NCBI RefSeq assembly: GCF_963921235.1
Contig: NC_086097.1
Coordinates: forward strand, 90,770,001 to 90,834,000
Source: Mobula hypostoma
Taxonomy: Eukaryota
Direction of reading: 5' to 3'
Length of the DNA stretch: 64,000 nt
Shown: positions 36,790-49,519 of the stretch, in pieces
Position numbering within the stretch: position 1 is the stretch's first letter
Layout of the letters: every line of letters begins with the position of its first letter
Translations under genes and position numbers: made by a program
The notes under the pieces: generated by a model
What the model was told of the DNA's origin: nothing
Seen by the model: the letters and a program-made list of their open reading frames with translations, nothing else
The model's database searches: none

Positions 36790-38575
36790 AAGATCAAAAG
36801 ACATAGGAGCCATTCAGCCCATCGAGTCCACTCCACCATTTCATCATGGCTGATCCAGATTCCATTCAATCCCATACATGTGCCCTCTTACCATAACTCT
36901 TGATGCTCCAACCAGTCAGGAATCTATCAACTTCTGCTTTGAATATACCCATGGACTCGTCCTCCACTGCAGTCTGTGGCAGATCATTCTACAGATTCAC
37001 CACTCTTTAGCTAAAATAATTCCTCCTTACCTCTGTGCTAAAAGGTTGCCTCTCAGTTTTGAGGCTGTGCCCTCTAGTTCTGGATACCCCCAACTAGAGG
37101 AAACATTCTCTCCACATGCACCCTATCTAGACTGAAAAACAGTACTTAATAAATTCATCTGCCATTTCATTGTCCTCCATTACTACCTCACCAGCAAAAT
37201 TTTCCAACTCAGTGGGGCCCACAATGTCATAGTGACCAATCTCTAATTACACCCCGAGTTTGTCCACCATATTCCGAATGCTATGAACATTTAAACACAG
37301 CACCTTCCATTTTGCATTCTTCACCCTTTTGAATTTTGCCTCTGTGGTACAATTTAACTCTTTGCTCTGTCTGCTTTTGTACCCAAATTTTGGCTTGTCC
37401 TTCCTAACATTTATGTTACACCCATCATTTGCTTGTAAGCCTGCTGGCTCATCATCAGCCCTATCATACTGGTTCCCATCCCCCTGCCATATTAATTTAA
37501 AGCACTTCCAGCAGCTCTGGCAAACCTGCCCACAAAGATATTGGTCCCCCTCAGATTCAAGTGCAACCTGTCCCTTTTGTACAGGTCACACCTGCCCCAG
37601 AAGAAGTCCCAATGATCCAGAAATCTGAATCCCTGCTTCCTGCTCCAATTCTTCAGCCACGCATTTATCTGCTACCTTATTCTATTCCTATCCTCACTGT
37701 CGCATGGCACAGGCAGTAATCCCGAGATTACTACCCTTGAGGTCATATCACGGTTAGGTTCGACTCCTCATTTTCTTGTAATTTCCTTTTTCCCATGATT
37801 TGCCTGGCTCCTTGATTAAGGTACCTGATTCTCAACCAAATAGGCAACATAAAAGCTCCCGCTTACATCTACTCAGGGCTGGACCGTCACACCTCAGCCA
37901 GTGTGGTAATGCATGTCTGGGCCGCCGAGAATAGTGGACCGTCTCCTGAGCCAGTGCGGCAATGCACATTCCGGGCCGCCGAGAATAGAGGACTCTAAGT
38001 TGTTTCGATACCTGGGGTTGCTTTGGGAATTCTGTCATTTTCGTGTCCAGCTGGGTGTTGCCAGCCGTTTGCCGCTACTCCAAGTCAAGATATGAATTGT
38101 CTGTCATTGTCTGGTTTTGTCGTAACACGTTCGAGTCCCAGCTTCATGTCCGAGTCCAAGTCCAGGCTCCATTTCCCGAATCCAAGTCCAGGCTCCGTGT
38201 CCAAGTCCAAGTGCAGGCTCCTTGACCAAGTTCCAGGTCCAGGCTCCTCCGGTTTGTTGTCCAACGTTCACGTCCACGTATACATCTAATCCTCACTCTC
38301 TGACTTTCCTTGCAGCTATTCTGCAACGTTAAATGGGGAAGTAAAATTCAATTCAGATTTCAAAGATAATTCTGCTAATGCTACCTACTTGTCGGTGTCC
38401 TGCACATGGGTCCGCCCCCAGTCGCTGATTGTAATAGGTCCTGCTTCTCAGCTTCCTTCCTAACTACCTGTATTCTGTTTTCAGGACCTCCTCCCTTTTC
38501 CTACCTATGTAGTTGGTACCAATACCTACCATGACCTCTGGCTGCTCGCCCTCCCTTTTCAGGATGCTCTGGGTG
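36790..38575 (-). mobile_element. Cluster of CR1 fragments, including an ORF1/ORF2 junction (about 37200-37745 and 38437-38575)
   Basis: ORF1 esterase end (LHLNL..TNIFVGRFA) and endonuclease start KVLCLNVHSIRN; split by a solo LTR. Confidence 0.75.
37746..38436 (+). mobile_element. Decayed solo LTR
   Basis: TATCAC...GTAATA termini (decayed TG..CA), flanks GGTCA/GGTCC; interrupts contiguous CR1 sequence; internal short tandem repeats. Confidence 0.65.
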
Positions 38576-39530
38576 TAAGGGGATGTGGCTGTGGATTGCA
38601 TTTTCTGCAGCAACAGTGCAGCTGGCTAGTTTACAGGCAGCAGTAAGGGTTCTAGCTGTATGACAGGGGTAAGAAGCTATATAATGCCTTTTTGATAGGG
38701 TACTGAAGGTTTACTGCGAACCAGAGTCCTAGCAACCCAAGTCATAATTTAGAGGATGGATTGATGAACTTCAAGCCCAGTTCACCCATTATGGCAAACA
38801 TCTGGGCAGCTGCTGTATATGTTTCAATGGGAATTACAGTCAGCCATGGCACGCTGCATCATGCAGGAACATTTAGTTCCTCCCGAGTTCCACTCGAGGA
38901 TTCCAAACCCCGCAAAGCTTTAAGCTAGTCTGGTGTTAGACTCCTCCTTACTCCTTGACAAGGACAGACAAGGGTCCAAGTACTTTATGCCCCCATCCAC
39001 CTTCTTCTGTACATTACCTTTTCCAAATGCCCACCTTTGTTCTCTGCAACCCTGGCATGATCTAGCCCTATCTTCAATTGTATGACATTTTCAGCAGCTT
39101 CGCACTTATCTTTGAAATCTGAATTGAATTTTACTTCCCCATTTAATGTTGCAGGAATCAAACTCTTGACTCTCAGTAATTGGACCAGGCCTTTGGGTAA
39201 TCGCTCAAGAAGTAAGTTGTCATATTTCTACCCCTGCTGCACCAGCCGCTGGGCTAGGTGCATGGAGGCACGGTGGAACATCTAGGCATTTGGAGCGAGG
39301 CCTGATCAGTAGGGGTTATTAGTTGTGATGGGGGTCTGGTGAACCCAGCAAGGGCTGAGTGAGGGTGGTTGCGCGATTGATTGGTTACAGAATGAGTACT
39401 CGCTGACCTCAGCTGCTCGTGTGAGACTAGACCCTCTGTGCAGGTGCACAGAGGATTTACAGAGGCCAGCCTCTCTATTCTTCAGTTACCCTTGACATAC
39501 TCCTGGTTACTAGTCCAAGATTCTTCTCAC

Positions 39531-39669
39531 CAGTGCAGGGTAGATAATGACACATAATAACAGTGCCTTCCAAAACGTCCAGCCACCGATCAACACAGAT
39601 AACAGTGACTGAACTCTGCAATCATCATCGAAAGCAGGTTGCAAGATGTTTTCATGTTGCCCGTTAATG
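39531..39669 (-). CDS. Candidate internal exon (139 nt) encoding a hydrophobic segment
   Basis: Acceptor CCTGTATTCTTCCAG, donor CTG|GTGAGA. Only one frame is open: INGQHENILQPAFDDDCRVQSLLSVLIGGWTFWKALLLCVIIYPAL. Confidence 0.35.
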
Positions 39670-41377
39670 CTGGAAGAATACAGGTTTATCACATTTTTTT
39701 GTCAGCCCTACATCCATCTTTTTTTGCGGCTGGGAGGGGAGGACTGCACTCAAGTGTACTCCCTCACCAATTTAAAAAGCACACACATAAAGCCAATGCA
39801 AATTAGTCAATTTAGAGTTAAGAAATCTGAATGTAAATGTGTCAGAGAGAACAGCAGCTAATTACTCCCAGGATATGAAACACTCAAGAGCAGAATTTGT
39901 TTGACAGAATTAAACAGGGGGACTGCAGAACCTGTCAATCTTTGCTTTCATGGGTTTTAGTTAGGTACTAACTGATACATGTTTGGCATGTACATCCACC
40001 TGCTTAAAGAATGATTTATTATCATGGTAAACTATTTGATTAATAACTTTGGAGATCAGCAGGTTGTGGTGTTTGTGTGATTACACTATTGGCTTAACAT
40101 TTCAAATCATCCCCTGGTGTGAAATGAGAGGAATGTTTTATTGTCTTATGGTTTCTGGATGTCAATGTCAAACACTCTCGCACGGCCTGTTAAACATTGG
40201 CAATGGTGCTGGCTATTATAATCAAATCTCAAGAATAAATTTATCATGAACTCCTTACAATGATAAGAGTTGAACAATTAATTGTCTTCATCCAATAATC
40301 TCAACTATCTGATCAGGAAAGATTTGCATTTATTTCATGACTTGTCAAAACTCACAACAGCTTTACTTACAGAGTGTTGGGTCAAATTCCCTTTATTTAC
40401 TCATTTTTGGAACCTTGGCATTGGGAACAAGAAGATCATTTACTGCCCTTCTCTTTGGACTTATTTGAATACAACTCAGCTGACTGAATGGTTGTACTTA
40501 AAACCTGTTAACTCAAAACTTTCATCAGACTGGTCTGCCACCCTTCATTCTAAATTCTGAGTTTCATTCTGATTTGGATTGAGATGCACAACCAAATCTT
40601 TCCATTCATATACATAACTGGCTCTCATTAGCTAATATTAAACCTGCCAACACACAAATCTACTGAAAGCATCAGCCGATGTTGTTATATCACTCTTCTA
40701 TTTTCTTTTCCCTCAGGAGCTTAGTCCACCAACGTCAATAGCACAGATGTATTCCTTAGAAACTCTAAACCATAATGGTTTATTGACAGAATTCCGGATG
40801 ATTCAAGTCTGTTTCAGCCAGACATGAAGTCCTCTAGCCTAGATGAGGAGAGAAATGCATGATGGCCTCAGACTCCTATGGTTGTAATTAACTTTCCATG
40901 ATTCACAACTTCTATGTTAATACAAAGTTATCCACAGATTTATACCAATTCCGTTACTTCTTCCCACAAGGCTTATGTTGCATATTCTCCCTTAATTTTT
41001 CTGAGAAATTCTTTGTGACACCAAAGATATGCCATTATCCACTTCAGCTTTCCTCTCCATGCATGAATCAAAGAGGTAATCACTTCTCTGAACTTTACTC
41101 CAGGGTTCCTAAGAGCCCAAAGTACCTTGTTTGGCACATTCTTCTTCCTCTCAATAATATTGCACTGTTACATTAAACACTCATTGCTCACCCCTTGTCA
41201 ATTTCCTCAAGTCATAAATCAGAATTTCCTTGACATTTGAAAGCTTGCCCATAATGGAATAAGTAATATGGTAGGAGATAAGGTGGAGAACCTAACACAA
41301 ATTAACTTTTACTATGACCAAATTTATCCATTTATCTCCATACCATCCCAACTCTACTTCCAACTATTACCACTAAT

Positions 41378-41936
41378 GGGGTGTATGGGGTGTCAGGGAG
41401 GGGTAGCACCTCTGGTGGGGGAACATGTCACGTTCTTTTCAAGGCGGTTAGTCCACCTTTGGTCCCCACCTGGCACTCAGCTCTCACCTGAGGTTCCCCA
41501 TAGCTGTTTGCATGCGACAGCGGCCACTCTCCAGGCAATGGATTCGACAAGACTACTAAACCAGGTGAGGGTAGCCGACAGGTCTCAAACCCTCAGTGAG
41601 ATAGGGAGTTGTCTATCCCAGCATGTAAAGACAGATTCCGGCGGATTGAGCGGACGAGACCAATGGAAGGTCCAACGGTCAAGAAGGCGGTCTCTGCAAG
41701 CGTCGTGGAATGTGTAGAACAGGACTTGACACAGAGGATGCCCTGGTCATCCACTGTGCCTAGTCCCATCTGCAGCCGTCTCGACGCTGTCTTGCCACTG
41801 GATCCAGTTGGGAATTGGGAAGAGAGAGTGAGGCTGATGCTGTGTAACTCTCCCTCACTTAAATCCAAATCACATGCTAGTCTCGACACCATCATAATGG
41901 TGTCAAGGTCCTCATCGACGTTGACGATGGACGAAC
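41378..41936 (+). mobile_element. Unclassified about 560-bp retroposon-like insertion
   Basis: GC-richer island flanked by direct repeat ACCACTAAT (41369-41377, 41937-41945). Confidence 0.5.
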
Positions 41937-42184
41937 ACCACTAATAGAGTCCCTTTTCTCTCCATTTAGGAAGAGATTTAATCACAAACTTGACTCACAT
42001 TTTTCTTTTCAGATTGATAATTTTTAATGGCTCATCAATGGACAAATATACAAAGAACTTCTGTAACTAACTCTTCAGAAACCTGCGGCCTGCTACAAAA
42101 TGTAGGATGTATCCAATCATAGAACCTGCATTGGTCCTTTCTGTCCCACAGGAGACAGGAAGAGAGTATTAATCAGCTTCATAC

Positions 42185-42251
42185 CTCTCCAGGAGTTCTA
42201 GTAACACAGTTGTTTTGGAACAGCAAACAGAAATGGAAATCCAAAATAAAA
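42185..42251 (-). CDS. Candidate upstream exon (67 nt; could extend to the ATG at 42351)
   Basis: Acceptor GCACTTTCCAG, donor GAG|GTATGA; LFWISISVCCSKTTVLLELLE, ending in phase 2. Confidence 0.25.
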
Positions 42252-43271
42252 CTGGAAAGTGCACTAAGTTCTCAGTCAGCACATGTGGAAATTGTTTTTT
42301 TAATAGATTCATCAAAGGTGTAGCTGATAGTATGTTTTTCTTCATTCCCATGAGTAGCGTAGGCTAAGCAGTTTGCATTGACTTTATAACCAAAATGAGG
42401 TTTTAGTTCAACCCCTGCTATCCTAACAATCAGTTTCACCATGGGTGAACTAAATCATTAAATCCATTTCCCCATTTGGTTCTAGGATTCACAATACCTT
42501 GCCTAATAACTAGCCATTCATTCTGAAAGTTCAAATTGCTTTCCGTTCCCACCCTACACACACATTCACCCTGAAGTCAAAATCCCCATAAACCACCACC
42601 CAGAACCACCCTCCACAACCAATTCTCAATCCCCTTTCTCACTTTCCATTTCCCACCTTATTCCCTTGCCTGATCCACTATCTTCTACTCCAATCCTCAT
42701 CCAACTCCTTAGCCAGCATTTTCTGTACAAATCCGAGTTTTGCTTCCTGGCCTGCCCTGAATAGTTTATCTCCAGTTTTAAGGCTCGGAGGAAATAGTTA
42801 TAGTCACGAAGAAGTGTTACGGCCCAAAACGTCGACAGTTTATTCATTTTCATTAATGTTACCTGACCTGTTGAGTTCCTCCAACATTTTGTGTGTATTA
42901 CATTTGTTACCATTAACTAACTCCATCAACCTGATCAATAATTAGACTTCCATAACTGAGGGAATACAGGGCTGGTCTGCAAAGCCTATTCATATAATTT
43001 CAGCATATTAAACCATTTTCTTCTGGCACTTTCAGCCTTGCTAGAATCTATGTATCATTCCTGAAGTGTGCTGATAGAAAATGAATGAGTATTGCCATCT
43101 GAACCATGGTTGCCTGAAAGTACTGCAGCATTCAGGTAATCCAACCTTCCTCAGTTATTTCACATCAAATACTGAAACTGCCATCTGCCAAACAGCCAGA
43201 AAACAACTTTAATGATAATAATGGTTTTGAAAGCATGCTGAGTTGATCATTACTCAGAAGTGGGTGACTGG

Positions 43272-44132
43272 TGTTACGTACCCCGTAACTGGGTTGCCAA
43301 ACCAGCAGAAATGGATCACTCAGTTGGAGTCTGGAGTACTAGAACTAAGAAAGTTTTATTAAAGAAACAAGCAACACAGTAATCGAAAGGATAATAAATG
43401 CAACAATTCAACAATGATAACCACACATGTGCACAGAATTAAGATAACAGCATCAATCAAGCTCTATCGTTGTCTAGGGGTAAATGACCAATTTCAAAAT
43501 GACTCAAAGTTCAGTCCAGTTTGTAGTTCAGTTCGCAGTAATCGTTGCCATGGCGATGGACAAGGTGGGGGAAGAGAGAGATAGAATAGGAACAACTCAT
43601 CATTCAGAATACTGCTTCACTCACAGACCAGCGGGATGGCTCACAAACAGCTTTTGGGCAGGTCCTTGGTGATGTCACCTGAGGTCACCGACTGTGACCC
43701 CTCCTCCAGATGCGGTCGATCCTCTGCAGTGAACCCGGCACCCAGGCAAGGGCGGACACACACCGGGTTCCCGCTGATCGTACCTTTCCACCCTTGTCGT
43801 TGTCTGGGACTTCTCACCCACTCGTGAGAAGCGCACCGCTTCCAGGGTCTCGTTACCTCGGGTGGCGTGTGTGTCTGTCTTAGCGAACCTGTCCCTTTTT
43901 ATCCCCCTGCTGGGGTATCGCCTGTCCATCACTTCAAACAGTTCAGGGTTCAAAGGGGGGAGCCGCTCCAGACAGCTCTTCCTCCCACATCCCTTCATTA
44001 CACATCTCCAGACGCTGCTCCATTGTTCCTTATCTCTCCTTCCCCTGAGGGCAGGTGGCAGACCAACTGCTGATGCCACTGATGCTAGCCCAGGCCAGCA
44101 AACATCTTAATTTTATGTGTATTCTCGTAACA
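43272..44132 (-). mobile_element. Solo LTR of the same family as 5456-10294
   Basis: TGTTACG...CGTAACA, 861 bp, 4-bp TSD CTGG (43268-43271, 44133-44136); near-identical to the paired LTRs. Confidence 0.95.
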
Positions 44133-44847
44133 CTGGCTTTGCAAGTTTGGGTTTGGGAGCAGTTGGGCAGAATAGGAATGAGATTTATTCAGTACAAGTG
44201 AGAATGGGCAGCTGTATACATCAAAAGGAGATAAGGTTAAAGTGGAATCTCATTTAATGCTTATAGCTGAATTTTCTACTAAATTCAGTGGAGAGTGCAG
44301 AATTTGAGGTTATTCTACTGGGAGAGAAGAAATTTAATTTTGCTATTCAGAGTTAAAAGGGGCTTTAATAGAATGAATAGGAGGGAGAAAAGCTACTCCC
44401 AGAAGCAGATGTGAGATAATTGGCAAATGAAGAAAAAGAGAAGCGCGTGGAGGAAAATTTAACGATAATTATATGATCAGGAATAAATATGAATTTGGAA
44501 TACAAGGGATTTTCAAGACTGCATAAAAACATATGAAACAGTGGCAGGAGAGGTTCTTCCACCGTTCAATGAGAGGATATCTGATCATTTACCTTAGCAC
44601 CTCTTTCCTGCAATAAGCCCTTATCCCTGGATCCACTAATATCCAAACAACTACTGATCGCTGTCTTGAATATCCTCAACAACCAAGTCTCCATGGTTTT
44701 TTTTTGGGTGGGTGTGAAGATTAATCAACATGAGTGAAGAAATTCCAGCTTATTTCAGTCTTGAATAGTTGATCTCGGATTTTGGGTCTGTGATCCTTGG
44801 TTCAAGGTGTTGTGCATTTAATGTTGGAGTAATATTGTAAATATATT

Positions 44848-45161
44848 GGCACGTGGCCACGTGGTTAAGGCATTGGACTAGCCACCTGAAGATCGTGAGT
44901 TCGAGCCCCAGCCGAGGCAACATGTGTTGTGTCCTTGAGCAAGGCACTTAATCACACATTGCTCTGTGATGACACTGGTGCCAAGCTGTATGGGTCCTAA
45001 TGCCCTTCCCTTGGACAACATCGGTGTCGTGGAGAGGGGAGACTTGCAGCATGGGCAACTGCTGGTCTTCCATACAACCTTGCCCAGGCCTGCGCCCTGG
45101 AGAGTGAAGACTTTCCAGGGGCAGATCCATGGTCTTGCAAGACTAACAGATGCCTTTTTTT
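44848..45161 (+). mobile_element. tRNA-derived CORE-like SINE inserted in the Gypsy 5' LTR
   Basis: A box TGGCCACGTGG, B box GTTCGAGCC, GTGTCCTTGAGCAAGGCACTTAATC, T-run terminus. Confidence 0.7.
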
Positions 45162-47769
45162 AATAATGATTGATTAATCATTCTTTGATGCTTACAGATT
45201 TATATGTAAAAGTACATGAATGGTTTACATCATTATGCCACCATATTATATGTGTGTGCATTATTAAAGTAAAATTGAAGAGTAGACATGTTTATCCCTA
45301 GTCCTCTGTTTTTCGTTAAATTACTGTTGGAGTTACAAAACATAACAGCTGTGACCAGGACTTTTAAAACAAACCTGAGACGACAAACCTGTGTTGAAGC
45401 ACAGCAAGATAATCACATTTAAAAGGAATCTTAAAAAGAAATTTCTCTTTGGAAAGGGAAGGCAGAGACAGTTGAGATAAATAAGGGCAGAAAGTGAACA
45501 AATTCACAGGTTCATAAACAGTCAGTAATAATAATAAAATTTAAGGAAGCAGAAATGTCTGCCTATATAGAAAAGATGGACACGTTTAATTGCATATCGG
45601 ATAACTGCTTAATATATACTGAGTGAACTGAGCAGTATTTTAAGTAAATGAAATAGCCAATGACAAACGAGTACCAGTTTTGCTGAGTGCAATTGGTAGA
45701 CGAGCCTACAGTTTGCTTGGAAGTTCGACTGCTCTAATCAAACCAGCCAAAATAAGCTTTGCTGATATCGTGAAAATAATGCAGGAACATTTAGAACCAA
45801 AGCCATTGTTGATTGCAGAATGCTTTAGGTTTCATAAATGGAATCAAAAGGGAAAAGAGTCTATTTCAGCATGTGTGGCTGAACTGAAGAAGTTGTCTGA
45901 GCATTGTCAGTTCAGTGTTGGGCCTAATGATGCATTGAGAGATCATTTAGTTTGTGGAATCTTACAAGAAATTCAAAATGGCTCCTAACTGAAGCACAAC
46001 TTTCATTTAAAAAAAAGTTGAAATCGCTGCATTAATAGAAACCGCAGTGAGGTACACATGTGAGTTACAGTCAGGAATGAGACTGTGAACAAAACTGCAA
46101 CATCTAACCAGAAATCAACCTGGCTGAACAAATAGTGTTATTATTGTGGCAGGGTCTCACACACATCAGAACAATACAGGTTTAAGGTGAAACTTGCAGA
46201 AAGTGCAACAAAGTAGGACACACATCAGACAGACAAAAATAAATTTACCGAACAGGGAGAGAAAAAAAAATACAAAAAGTCAAGTTATAGTTTCAAAAGG
46301 AGCACGAGTCTACGTGCTGTGGATGAAAATCTGATTTTGGCAAGGAATGAGTAGCCTTGAGATTTTCAATGTGAAAACTAACAGGAGACAATCAACATGG
46401 CTGACACCAGAAGTGAACAGCAAATTAATTAAATGGAATTGGACACAGGCTCGGCTGTTTTGGGCATTCCACAAATTGTGTTTGAATGGCATTTCAAAGA
46501 TACTGAACTGAAGCTTGCAGATACCCAACCAGGAACTTCTATTGGAGAAAAGATAACTCCTGTGGGAATGACATTTGTAACAGTGAAATACAACAACCAA
46601 CAAGTCACATTGGGCTTGTATATGATAAAAACAGGAGGGCCAGCATTGTGGGGATGTGATAGGCTGAGCCAACTCGATTGGAGATCCATCCACCATTTGC
46701 ATGCCACATCCTCTGCAAAAAGTCAACTGAAAGTGAATTAAGAAAGTTACTGGATGATGCCATAGCAGTGTTCAAGGACACAATTGGAAAACATCAAACA
46801 TATCAAGGGTAAAATAACGTTGAATGAAAATGCCACACCCAAGTTTTATAAAGCCTGTCCGGTTCCTCATACCATCTGTGATCAAGTAGCCAGTGAGTGA
46901 GATCGCATGCAGGCTGAAAGAGTTCTTTCCAAGTCTGACTGGAGCCCATAGGCAATGCCAGTGATCTCAATGGCAAGAATGATGGGTCTGTGGTGATTTT
47001 AAGGTCATCATCAACCTTAAAAGTAGATTAATACACTCTGCCCAACATGGAGAATATCTTTGTAAACCTTTCCGGAAGGATACACTTCAGCAAAATGGAC
47101 TTAGCTGAGGCCTACCTACAGATGGAGATTGAAGAAGAGTCCAAAGTTTTTCTCACCATAAACATTCACAAAGGGCTTTATCGCTATAATAGGCTTATTT
47201 TCGGAGTAGTATCTGTACTCTGGCAGAAAGCTATGGTCCAGGTGCTGCAAGGCTGTCCAGGTACTCTGTGGTACCTGGAACATATCATTGTTACCGGTAA
47301 GGATGACAAAGAACATCTTCAAAATATCAAGAATTGAAGATTATGCACTCCGAGCACAGCGAGACGAGTGAATTCTTTAAACCAAGCATTACTTACTGTG
47401 GTCACACCATTGACGTAAAAGTATTACACAAGGGTGCTGAGAAAATTCAAGCAGTGGTGGATGCCCCAGGGCCAAAAGATGTGTCGCAGTTGCAGTCCCT
47501 ATTATGATTTATCAACTACTATAGCAGGTTCCTGCCAAGCCTGGCTACCATGCTCTACCCTTGAGTTCATTACTGCAAATTGGAAAGAAATGGCAATGGA
47601 CCAAGCAGTGTGAGGTGGCTTTCAAAAAGGTAAAGGAAATGGTGACATCAGACACTGTACTCACTCATTATGATCCACATCGTCCAGTGAAGCTTGTCTG
47701 TGATGTCTTGCCTAAGGGTATAGGTGCAGTCATGTCACATGTTGTGAGTGATGGAAGTGAACACCCCAT

Positions 47770-49519
47770 AGTCACAGTAGGGGTGCTGGGAACGGACCCA
47801 AATGCAAGACACAGACACTGAAGTACAAGGGACAGGACTTGACTAGAGTAGGGACGTGACAGGATTCAGGCAAGGAGCAGGGACAAGAACGCAGAGTTGG
47901 GTTAGGGAAAGTGGGACCAGGACTAGGAACCATGGTCTAGGAGGCAAGGCTTGGATTCTGAGCCCGAGACTTGACAAGGACCCAGAAGCTGGGTCTTGCC
48001 TTGGGCTTGGACCCCGGAACCAGGCAAGGACATGACACGGCTTAGGGCTGGGGTCTTGGGTCTTGAGCTTGGCTTGGGATCCTCGAGGCTTGGGGGTCTT
48101 GGGTCTTGAGCTTGGCTGCAGGCTGGGGTCTTGGGTCTTGAGCTTGGCTTGGGATCCTCAAGGCTTGGGTTCTTGGAGCTTGGCTTGGGATCCCCGAGGC
48201 TTGGGGTCTTGGGTCTTGAGCTTGGCTTGGGATCCTCAAGGCTTAGGGTCTTGGGTCTTGAGCTTGGCTTGGGATCCTTGTGGCTTGGGGTCTTAGGTCT
48301 TGAGCTTGGCTTGGGATCCTCAAGGCTTGGGGTCTTGGGTCTTGAGCTTAGCTGCAGGCTGGAGTCTTGGGTCTTAAGCTTGGCTAGGGATCCTCAAGGC
48401 TTGGGTTCTTGGAGCTTGGCTGCAAGATCGTCGAGGCTTGGGTTCTTGGAGCTGGCTGCAGGATCATCGAGGCTTGGGTTCTTGGAGCTTGGCTGCAGGA
48501 TTGTTGAGGCTTGGGTTCTTGGAGCTTGGCTGCAGGATCGTCGAGGCTGATAACTCGGAGACTGGAGCTGAGAGACGGACTGGGAACTGAATATCAACAT
48601 AGAGCCGGGACTTATCCTTCGACAAGCCAGGACTCATCTTTAACACAACACAAACATGAGACAGGACAGAACATAGACATAGAGCTGGGACTTATCCTAC
48701 GACAAGCCAGGACTCAACTTCATCTCCACACCAAGGTGGGATAGGTCTCTCCATCAGATAACGGCAGAACAGCCGGATTTACCCAACAGAGGCAAGGAAA
48801 AGACAAGATAGGTCCCCCCACAGGGCAATGGCAAAACAGCCTGGTTTACTCCACGGAGGCGAAGACAAGACAGATCTCCCCTGCAGGGCAACGGCAAAAC
48901 ATCCTGGCTTACCCCACGGAGGCGAGGACAAGACAAGACAGATCCCCCCACAGGGCAATGGCAAAACAGCCTGGCTTACCCCACAGAGGCGAGGACAAGA
49001 CAAGACAGATCCCTGTGCAGGGCAACGGCAAAACGACCTGGCTAACCCCACAGAGGCAAGGACAAGAAAAGACAAACACCAAAGAAAGACAGACAGTTCC
49101 ATCTCTGCTCCAGGGAAGCTCTGAGTCTCAGTTCAGCCAGCAACCTCAGCTGGCTACGGAAACAGCCAGATCCCTACCTAGCTTGGAGTGGCTGGCAGCC
49201 ACTCAGCTGGCCCAGGAAGTAGCCAAATCCATACCGCAAAGACCACTCCAATGAGTGGCAACAAGGCTCCATGAAGTAGTAGTCCTCCAACCAGGCCTAG
49301 AGATCTCAAATGGTTTCACTAGCCTTCCATCAGCAGGTTGCTCCAAGGGGGACTGATGAGACAAACCAGCAGCCCCCACTCAATCCCAAGGCAAGCCCAA
49401 AGATGGGAATCAGGTGCCTATGATTAATTCAAACAAGGGACAGCCGGAAGACCCGGAGTCCTGAGTCCACGGACCGGACCGTGAACCGGAATATGGACTT
49501 CACGGACCGGACCATGACA
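47770..49519 (-). mobile_element. Large solo LTR-like insertion (1750 bp) inflated by tandem arrays
   Basis: AGTCAC...ATGACA termini with 5-bp TSD CCCAT (47765-47769, 49520-49524); interrupts Gypsy RNase H at EHPI. Confidence 0.75.
48043..49070. repeat. Compound minisatellite: about 42-bp, 37-bp, 78-bp and 60-65-bp units
   Basis: GGCTTGGGGTCTTGGGTCTTGAGCTTGGCTTGGGATCCTC..; GGCTTGGGTTCTTGGAGCTTGGCTGCAGGATCGTCGA; CAGGGCAATGGCAAAACAGCCTGGCTTACCCCAC...GACAAGACAGAT. Confidence 0.9.

Noticed and set aside
48043..49070. CRISPR-like array or repetitive protein ORFs
   Set aside because: Head-to-tail degenerate tandem units with no unique spacers and no cas genes, in a eukaryotic context; ORFs are repeat artefacts.
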